NCBI GenBank assembly: GCA_005773635.1 | Contig: SXHN01000035.1 | Location: 11,594-75,593, forward strand | Length of the DNA stretch: 64,000 nt | DNA from: Actinomycetota bacterium | Lineage (GTDB): Bacteria; Actinomycetota; Acidimicrobiia; IMCC26256; PALSA-610 | Direction of reading: 5' to 3' | In this document: positions 36,798-43,041 of the stretch, in pieces | Layout of the letters: the number at the start of each line of letters is the position of its first letter | Numbering within the stretch: the stretch's first letter is position 1 | Program-made: the position numbers and the translations under genes | Notes under the pieces: model-generated | What the model saw: the letters and a program-made list of their open reading frames with translations, nothing else | Told to the model about the DNA's origin: nothing | Databases searched by the model: none

Positions 36798-38225
36798 AAG
36801 GTCCTATGTGTTGTCAAGGGGTTGTTTCGGCGGTGCTGGCACACCAGTGATGAGTCAGTCGTGTTGACGACAAGGTCTTATTAAGCCATGCGGTGCCGAG
36901 GCTTTGTTGGTGGCGGGCCGGCAGTTCGTTCGAGAGACAACCGTGTTGGTGTCAGGGCATTCGTAAGCCAGGCCCGCCACACTCTTTGTGGTGTTATCGG
37001 TTGATGAGGTGGGGGTAGACCTCCCGTGCGACGTAACGCTTCAAGATGCGCATGATCTCGCGGGTTGGGCGTCCATCAGCTGTACGTCGTGCAACATATT
37101 TGCGGGTGCGTTCATCGTTACCCATCCGGGTTAACACGATCCGCCACAGTGCATGGTTGGCTTGACGGTTCCCGCCTGGATTGACTTTCATACGTTTCGA
37201 TTTACCTGTGGATGCTTTCAATGGTGCGACGCCACACATATGCGCGAACGCTGCTTCACTTTTCAAACGTTCGGGATTATCGCCCGCCGCGACGAGTAAC
37301 ACCGCAGCTGTGTAGGTCCCGACGCCGTATACCTCACGCAACGTCGGGGCGGTCCGGCGGACGAGCTGTTCGAGGAGCTCATCGAGTCGGGCCCTATCGG
37401 CATCGAGCGCGACGACGCGCCGCCCCAAGGTTTGGATCGCGAGTTTTGTCGCGTACACGACAGTGTCGCTCTTAGGGTTTGGTCGTAACGCGGCGGCGGT
37501 CTTCGCGAGACGTTCTCGTGAAACATCCCGGAATTGTTCACGGATCGTCTCGGGTGCCGTGAAGCCGAGGTGTCGGATCTGATTCAGATATTTGATCCGC
37601 ACATCGCGTGCCGAACGACGAGCGACAAGTAACGCACGGATCGCTTCCACGTCACCATCACCGGTCTTCGCGACCCCTTCAGCACGTCGCGAGAGCGCGG
37701 CGCGTGCGGCTTCGATCGCGTCGAGTTCGTCGGATTTGCCGTTACGACGCCGATCCTGACGGTTGGGACGGTCAACTTCGATCACGATCACGTCGTGGCG
37801 TTGCAAGAAACGTTTGATCCCCGCACCATACGAACCCGTGCCTTCGACTCCGACCCGGGTCGATCTCGCCATGAGCCGCGAGCCAGTCATGCAGGCTGCG
37901 GAACCCGGCCGCTGTCGTCGGGAATGATTCCACACCCAAGACACCACCGTTGTGGTCGAGTACTGCAGCCACACGTTCGTCCGCGTGCGTGTCAATGCCA
38001 CCCGTTACCGGGCCGCGAATATCTACGATGGTCATCTGCCATCCCTTCTTGGTTTAACGGTATTGAGGGGTGGCACGCACGTCCCGTGAAAGAGACCCTG
38101 TCGTGCTGGCTGCGCTAACAGTCAGCACGGTCACTCTCTGGAACGGGGCGTGCCCTATTTCAGTCCCGGCCTTATCGGCGAACACCCCGGAATGTGAACC
38201 GACTTGCACAACCCCATTCTCACTG
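36798..38225 (-). mobile_element. IS110/IS1111-family insertion sequence (~1.43 kb) inserted in repeat copy R3
   Basis: The element is bounded by the two halves of repeat R3. It carries a DEDD-type IS110 transposase. Sub-terminal inverted repeats GTTGTCAAG (36810-36818) and CTTGCACAAC (38203-38212) each lie 12 nt from an end. The boundaries are accurate to +/-2 nt. Confidence 0.75.
36994..38035 (-). pseudogene. IS110-family transposase, frameshifted
   Basis: The N-terminus (MTIVDIRGPVTGGIDTHADERVAAVLD..LHDWLAAHGEI, ORF 37772-38035) continues in another frame as RVGVEGTGSYGAGIKRFL...GKSDELDAIEAARA (ORF 36994-38001). The frame switches at the CCCGGG run at 37854-37859. Confidence 0.75.
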
Positions 38226-38244
38226 GGCAATCGGGGCGGGTTGG
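38226..38244 (+). repeat. Island repeat copy R3, right half
   Basis: GGCAATCGGGGCGGGTTGG resumes the consensus exactly where the left half stopped. Confidence 0.8.
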
Positions 38245-38277
38245 AACCAACGTTGTGAACACGGAGTCTTAAGAGGT

Positions 38278-38727
38278 GTGAAGCTTTCTTTTGTTGTTCG
38301 AACGCTGTCTCTAGTCATGCTGTTCTCGGCCTGCAACAACCCTCAAACCAGAAGTTCCCCTGTCACTACCACTTTGGGAGGGCAAGCGTCGTCGACCTCA
38401 ACGACGTTGCCTGCGATCGAGATCCGCAAATTCTCGGCGAAGCTCGGGTGCGGTCCGTCGGATGGTGCCTGGATATATATGGAGGTTGAGCTTGGAACTG
38501 CGCAAACGGTGTTCGCGGAAGTCTCCCAAGATGGACGGTCGTATGGGAGGTCTAAGAACACCCGCGCAGAGGCGGACTCGTTGATCCGTCTGGGATTTGA
38601 TCCTGCCGTTGAGAATACGAGTGACCCAAATTTGCGGGTCACGCTCTTCAGCATCGACGGACGTACGACAAGGAATCTCGGTGAACGGACAGTTGAACCA
38701 CATCCGCCAGACCGGAAGTGTGGATGA
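38278..38727 (+). CDS. Putative lipoprotein
   Basis: After a GTG start the sequence reads VKLSFVVRTLSLVMLFSAC (signal peptide plus lipobox), followed by an S/T-rich linker. Confidence 0.6.
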   Translation: MKLSFVVRTLSLVMLFSACNNPQTRSSPVTTTLGGQASSTSTTLPAIEIRKFSAKLGCGPSDGAWIYMEVELGTAQTVFAEVSQDGRSYGRSKNTRAEADSLIRLGFDPAVENTSDPNLRVTLFSIDGRTTRNLGERTVEPHPPDRKCG

Positions 38728-38749
38728 GGTGCACAACTGGCGTTCCCCG

Positions 38750-38792
38750 CTTGCAATAACACGCACAGACCGGGCAATCTGAGCGGATGGTT
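38750..38792 (+). repeat. Island repeat copy R4
   Basis: CTTGCAATAACACGCACAGACCGGGCAATCTGAGCGGATGGTT, beginning 22 nt after the preceding stop. It contains the ATG of the next gene. Confidence 0.9.
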
Positions 38793-39266
38793 TTGCGTCG
38801 CACGTCGGTGATCCTCGGTCTTGCGTTCGTCGTCGCCGGATGCTTTCAATCATCTGGTAAGAGCAACATCAATTTGGGCCTTGTCGAACCCTGCTCTTGG
38901 CTAAGAATCCAAGATGTGCGTCGGATTATTGGCCCGAATGTTGGGGTTGGTGCGCCCAATCCGCACTTTCCGCAGTGCAGTTTTGACTACACAAGTGCGA
39001 CTGGAATCCGCACAGATCTGGTTGTCGGATACGGGGAAGTAACTGCGCAGTCGATTCGGAGCTTCACGCTCCCAAATCATCGTAACCAGGTCGTCGAAAA
39101 TCTTGGCGATCACGCAGTCTTCCTTGAGGCAGCTTCTCTAGATGACGGCAACAACATCATTTTGGTTGTCGCCTCGCACAACCGGTCGCTTCTCATTGGG
39201 GGAGAATTTTTGAACCTTGATCAAGCAAAGCAACTCGCCGCACTGGTCATCGCGAAATGGACTTAA
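38787..39266 (+). CDS. Putative lipoprotein (DUF3558-like layout)
   Basis: MVLRRTSVILGLAFVVAGC forms a lipobox, and the mature part has two further Cys. The ATG lies inside repeat R4. Confidence 0.6.
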   Translation: MVLRRTSVILGLAFVVAGCFQSSGKSNINLGLVEPCSWLRIQDVRRIIGPNVGVGAPNPHFPQCSFDYTSATGIRTDLVVGYGEVTAQSIRSFTLPNHRNQVVENLGDHAVFLEAASLDDGNNIILVVASHNRSLLIGGEFLNLDQAKQLAALVIAKWT

Positions 39267-39283
39267 CGCACATCGGTAACCGA

Positions 39284-39324
39284 CTTGCATAACGAGCGCG
39301 GACCGGGCAATCTGATTGGGTTGG
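39284..39324 (+). repeat. Island repeat copy R5
   Basis: CTTGCATAACGAGCGCGGACCGGGCAATCTGATTGGGTTGG, beginning 17 nt after the preceding stop. Confidence 0.9.
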
Positions 39325-39356
39325 TCCTAAGACTGGTTTGATGGACGGATGGATTC

Positions 39357-39805
39357 GTGCCAGAGCCCGAGGATCCTCGCAGTTTTGCCATGATGACGAG
39401 ATGGATCATCCTTGCGCTGTTCTCGCCAGTCGTGATTTTGGGGTTGATCGGTGCTGTCGCGGCGCCAACAACATTCGAGCGAATTGCCGTATTCGCTTTT
39501 GGTGCTGGTTTCTCAGTGTTCGCTGGCGAGTGTGGAGGCAACGCGTCGAGGTTCACGAAACTCAGATAGTCATCGTCGGTTTCGCAAGGCGGCGCGTTTT
39601 GGGTCGAACTGATGTCCGATCGTTATCGTACGAAGGGCTATCTCGCTCGCTAGTGCTGAACACCATTGCAGGAAAGCGCGTTACCGTTTCCTTTATAGGT
39701 CAAGGCAAGAGTCGCTCCGAGGCCTTTGGTCGGGGCTCAGAAGCGACGATTGCTGAATTGGCCGCGTACCTGGGCGTGCCATTCGACGGCGCAAGATCGA
39801 ACTGA
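39357..39805 (+). pseudogene. 2-TM membrane protein with C-terminal beta-rich domain, apparent frameshift
   Basis: The N-terminus with two TM helices (WIILALFSPVVILGLIGAVAAP, IAVFAFGAGFSVFAG) ends at TAG 39569. A plausible C-terminus (VEVHETQIVIVGFARRRVLGRTDVRSLSYEG...) continues in the frame of ORF 39338-39805. The switch lies near 39535-39555. Confidence 0.4.
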
Positions 39806-39844
39806 CTGATGCACCTGAGTAGCAGCGCGGCCACGGGCACGGGA

Positions 39845-39913
39845 CTTGCATAACGCTCACCGTGTTGCGCTGGCGATAGCGGCCCGCACCGGGTATCGTG
39901 CAGCGGTGGCTGG
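39845..39913 (+). repeat. Island repeat copy R6, with a 27-nt insert in its centre
   Basis: CTTGCATAACGCTCAC [CGTGTTGCGCTGGCGATAGCGGCCCGC] ACCGGGTATCGTGCAGCGGTGGCTGG. Confidence 0.8.
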
Positions 39914-40316
39914 TGGTCGTGGGGACGCAAAGCGGCAGGCGAGCGAGGACCTCATCGTGGCCTTCGTTACACCGCTCCTCGATAGCGATGAGGGGATCGT
40001 GGCCGTCGTGGCTGCAGCCTGTGGCCCTCTGCCGCCGTTCACACCGCTGATTCCTCTGTTCGGTGTGATCGCGATGTTCACGCGATGGCTTGGAGTCTTC
40101 GCTTTGGTCGCGACGAACCAGAGGCTTCTGTTGGTGCGGCGCGCCAAGTTCTGGCAGGGATTGCCGCAGAAAATCGACCTCGCGGAACCGTTGGAAAGTG
40201 TCGACGTGACTAGTTGGCGGGACGGCTCGCGCTACGGCAAGCTCCGTATCGAGATCGGGGGCGAGGCGAGGCGACTGTGCGTGCCGCACCCTTTAATCGC
40301 GACGTTCCGACCATGA
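39906..40316 (+). CDS. 2-TM membrane protein with C-terminal beta-rich (PH-like) domain
   Basis: GTG 39906 lies inside repeat R6. Two helices (IVAVVAAACGPLPPF..LIPLFGVIAMF, LGVFALVATN) are followed by LLLVRRAKFW...GKLRIEIGGEARRL. The ORF could start earlier, at 39846. Confidence 0.55.
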   Translation: MAGGRGDAKRQASEDLIVAFVTPLLDSDEGIVAVVAAACGPLPPFTPLIPLFGVIAMFTRWLGVFALVATNQRLLLVRRAKFWQGLPQKIDLAEPLESVDVTSWRDGSRYGKLRIEIGGEARRLCVPHPLIATFRP

Positions 40317-40442
40317 TCTCGGCGATCACTCGCTCCTCGTCGACGGCATCAACGCCAACACAGGATGACCCACCGAAACCCCGATCACCGGAATAACCCG
40401 ACAACCACTTGACAGATCACCGGAATAACTGCCGTTATAGAA

Positions 40443-40484
40443 TTGCAATCACGATCGCAGAGCGGGCAATCTTGGCGGGTGGCT
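40443..40484 (+). repeat. Island repeat copy R8 (most divergent)
   Basis: TTGCAATCACGATCGCAGAGCGGGCAATCTTGGCGGGTGGCT. Confidence 0.75.
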
Positions 40485-40541
40485 AGGAGATCGTCGTTGT
40501 TGGTCTGTTTCGCTGCTGCTGTGATTCTCGGTGGCTGTTCG

Positions 40542-40781
40542 TCATCGAGCGATTCTCCAGCATCTCCTGATGCCTATTTGTGGTTCGTCGCCCGGCACTT
40601 CTTTCGCTTCAGCCAGATGGATCTCGGTCTGACCATCGAACTCCGCCAGGGTCCCGACGACAAGCGCCGACGGCGACGCTGCGATCGAGCGGGTTCCCAG
40701 GCTTTCAGGAAGCACGCCCGAGGCCGGGTCAAGCACCAGCACCAACCCGTTCGGCGGCGATATGCGTGACATCAGACTCAT
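40542..40781 (-). CDS. Hypothetical 79-aa protein (third gene of overlapping module)
   Basis: MSLMSRISPPNGLVLVLDPASGVLPESLGTRSIAASPSALVVGTLAEFDGQTEIHLAE... The ATG overlaps the stop of the HTH gene (ATGA). Confidence 0.5.
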   Translation of the reverse strand: MSLMSRISPPNGLVLVLDPASGVLPESLGTRSIAASPSALVVGTLAEFDGQTEIHLAEAKEVPGDEPQIGIRRCWRIAR

Positions 40782-41014
40782 TGCGGACCATCTACGGTTA
40801 CGACCTCGCCGGGCGTCGCACACGCGATCAAGTTGATGCCGGTCTCGTATAACAGTCCGGCTTCTTCGAGCTGCTCGGGGTTCAGTGTTCGTCCGCGCCA
40901 TCGATGGCCTGCAACATCGTTTCGTTTGAGGTGTGCCATGACCGTGTTGCGATCGATTCCAAACTGCTCTGCCAAGGCGTTGATCTCAGCGCCTTGGCAG
41001 TCGGCGCGCCGCAT
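40778..41014 (-). CDS. Small helix-turn-helix protein
   Basis: GAEINALAEQFGIDRNTVMAHLKRNDV is a resolvase/HTH_23-like HTH. The start is taken at ATG 41014, which shares one nt with the upstream stop; the ORF extends to 41056. Confidence 0.55.
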   Translation of the reverse strand: MRRADCQGAEINALAEQFGIDRNTVMAHLKRNDVAGHRWRGRTLNPEQLEEAGLLYETGINLIACATPGEVVTVDGPQ

Positions 41015-41271
41015 CAGCTTCGTTGTGTAGGTCGTACACGGAACCCTCTGAGGCACGCACCGCTATCGCAGAACGCACCAATCGTTGTGCCCGGACCATT
41101 GAGAAGACCCGAGACCTGGGCGGGCGTCATCGTGGGCAGGTTGTGAACCGTCACCCCAGGTAGGTTGCCAAACCGAGCGACGTCGTCGGCGTACATGCTC
41201 GCGTCGACAATCGTCGACCCGTTCGGTAGTCCGTGAACCCCGCTGATGACGTTGACATTGCCGCTGTACAT
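41014..41271 (-). CDS. Hypothetical 85-aa protein (possible orphan toxin-type C-terminal domain)
   Basis: MYSGNVNVISGVHGLPNGSTIVDASMYADDVARFGNLPGVTVHNL...IGAFCDSGACL. The composition is coding-like and the stop overlaps the HTH gene start. The function is a guess from context. Confidence 0.35.
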   Translation of the reverse strand: MYSGNVNVISGVHGLPNGSTIVDASMYADDVARFGNLPGVTVHNLPTMTPAQVSGLLNGPGTTIGAFCDSGACLRGFRVRPTQRS

Positions 41272-41393
41272 CCGAAGCCGCCAGCACCCGTCTCGACACC
41301 GAAGGCCGCCAACACCTCAAAGCCACCCTCGAAGGCCTCCTCCTCCGCACCGAAGCCCGACGCTGGGCCAGCTGAGAAAGCCAGACGCGGCTA

Positions 41394-41954
41394 TCAGGCA
41401 AGCATCGGCATCCGGTCGACATCGGTGAGATCCGGGTCGACATCGACCAGTCGATCCTCGAAAGCCGGCCACCCCCTGCTAGCAACGAAGTCAGCCTCGG
41501 AACGCGACACCGGGACCAGCCAGACGATCACGACGTTCTCGAACTGCCCGAACTCATCCGGCAGATAGACGGGGATCGCCGCGTACAGCGCCTCCATCGT
41601 CGACATCGAAAAAAGCGGCCCCCGGGGACCCACTACATCGCCGCGCAGCAGAGCCGAGCCAGAGGCCAAAACGTCTAGCCCGACCTGCTGCAACAAACCC
41701 GGCACGGGCCCTTCCCGAAGGCGCTCCGGCACGATCATCATGAACTCGTGCCGCACCGGCTTGCCCGATCGCCGTGAAGGAAGCGGCGTTGAACTCAGTC
41801 CCAGTGTCGAGAACACCGAGCAGCCCGAGAGCACCCCAGGAGTGAACCTCACCACCTGGAACGGCAAATTGAAGCCGTCGGCGTCCTTCGACCATCCCAG
41901 CTCAATCTCGCCGAGAAAGCGCTCCAGATGACCCACCAGCCCCGGCGTCACCAT
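41394..41954 (-). CDS. SUFU-like (suppressor-of-fused domain) immunity-type protein
   Basis: HLERFLG..., FSTLGLS, HEFMMIV, LLRGDVVGP, ALYAAIPVYLPDEF, VIVWLVPVSRSEADFV..GW..FEDRL match the layout of bacterial SUFU-domain proteins. The start is taken at M13. Confidence 0.6.
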   Translation of the reverse strand: MVTPGLVGHLERFLGEIELGWSKDADGFNLPFQVVRFTPGVLSGCSVFSTLGLSSTPLPSRRSGKPVRHEFMMIVPERLREGPVPGLLQQVGLDVLASGSALLRGDVVGPRGPLFSMSTMEALYAAIPVYLPDEFGQFENVVIVWLVPVSRSEADFVASRGWPAFEDRLVDVDPDLTDVDRMPMLA

Positions 41955-43039
41955 CGTCGGTTGCCCGCGCCACGGTTGCAAGGCCCGCACTCCAACCCAA
42001 CGCCCGTGTTGTAGTCATCGAGCACCTGTCGCCGCGTCACCTCCGCCGGAAACTCCCGGTTCGACCACGAAGGATTATGTGACCCATCCCGGTCCCGCGG
42101 TACCCGGTTGCGGTCGGGCGTGCGTGGCCATCGATATTCGACCGCCGGAAATCGCTCAATGGTCTCCAGCGATTCTTTGAGCATCTCAATCGCTTCGCGG
42201 TACGCGGAACGGCGAACATCCTCTTCGTCGCACTTGACTGCAACCGTTCGTGAAAACTTCGTGTCAAACACACGTTCCGCGAGTAGCCACTTGGCATACT
42301 CAGTCTTCGCTCCGACGTTGTCGGGCGACAGCGCTATCGATTCCTTTAACCATTCGACCCGTGGTTTGTTGCTTCGCATCGCGGCCCGGAACATCGCATA
42401 CGACTCGAAATATGCAGTGCCGAACATCCTCGGGGCTTGCCGCAGGTGTTTCCTGATGAAGGGCCACTTCCTCAATCGTTGAAGTCCGAAGGCTGTCCAC
42501 GAAGCGATCCGCGTCGCGATTCGCAGCGCTGCGTCCCTCTCTGACGAAATCGGTTCCGAAAAGCTCCGCGACGCGACTAGGCATCCATTCGCTTTGCGGA
42601 GCCTCACCGTCGCGACCAAGCTCTGCGAAACGCGAAATATCCCACAGTCGATCTTGTACCGACATGGATGCCACATCGTGTCAACGACCGACTTCACAAA
42701 TTTGAGCTCTTCGCCAACTTCAACGCCAGCAAACGGACTACCTGGCCCTGCGAATCGACCGAGATGATGTCCCGACGTACCAGCAAACGTGAGTTCGTCA
42801 ACAACAACCGGTCGTATCGATGCCAACAAGTCATCGTTTGCTGCGTGCTCGAATGTGTTGACCTCAAATTGCACGGTGCGCGCCCATGGTCGACGTACCC
42901 AAATCCATCGCAATGAGACCAGCAAAAGGACACAGGACACGGTCCAAGCTGCAATCTCGCCTTTAGCTTTGGATAGCCAATCCGGCCAGGATCCAAATAC
43001 GGACCCAAGCAGCCAAGACGCAATGTGCATGTTCGCCAT
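41948..43039 (-). CDS. Hypothetical 2-TM membrane protein with helical C-terminal domain
   Basis: 363 aa. N-terminal helices (IASWLLGSVFGSW, AAWTVSCVLLLVSLRWIWV) precede a soluble domain. It lies 2 nt downstream of the deoxyribosyltransferase gene, and its stop overlaps the SUFU-like gene. Confidence 0.55.
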   Translation of the reverse strand: MANMHIASWLLGSVFGSWPDWLSKAKGEIAAWTVSCVLLLVSLRWIWVRRPWARTVQFEVNTFEHAANDDLLASIRPVVVDELTFAGTSGHHLGRFAGPGSPFAGVEVGEELKFVKSVVDTMWHPCRYKIDCGIFRVSQSLVATVRLRKANGCLVASRSFSEPISSERDAALRIATRIASWTAFGLQRLRKWPFIRKHLRQAPRMFGTAYFESYAMFRAAMRSNKPRVEWLKESIALSPDNVGAKTEYAKWLLAERVFDTKFSRTVAVKCDEEDVRRSAYREAIEMLKESLETIERFPAVEYRWPRTPDRNRVPRDRDGSHNPSWSNREFPAEVTRRQVLDDYNTGVGLECGPCNRGAGNRRW

Positions 43040-43041
43040 CG

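Noticed and set aside
38203-38244. Treating CTTGCACAACCCCATTCTCACTGGGCAATCGGGGCGGGTTGG as an independent ninth full repeat
   Set aside because: Its left part forms the sub-terminal inverted repeat of the IS (the mirror of GTTGTCAAG at 36810, the same 12-nt distance from the end). In addition, the truncated R3 left half would otherwise have no right half. It is more parsimoniously the IS end plus the R3 right half.
35734-40484. CRISPR array interpretation of the eight repeats
   Set aside because: The spacers are 450-650 bp (1.9 kb with the IS), of unequal length, and each contains a protein-coding gene. The repeats are imperfect in their centre, and no cas genes are present.
35734-40484. Classical integron attC sites (GCATAAC as R'' and GTTGG.. 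as R')
   Set aside because: R1 can form AACGCTC...GAGC(GG)GTT, but the other copies show no compensating changes (for example GAGG or GAGC opposite GAGCGG). The unit (~42 bp) is shorter than known attC sites. The repeat lies at the 5' side of genes and even includes start codons. No intI or attI is visible. The idea is kept only as an analogy in the findings.
41063-41485. ORF 41063-41485 (minus, 140 aa)
   Set aside because: It is extremely Arg-rich (RRRRPSR, RRRRRS) and overlaps the better 85-aa ORF and the SUFU-like gene end, so it is likely non-coding.
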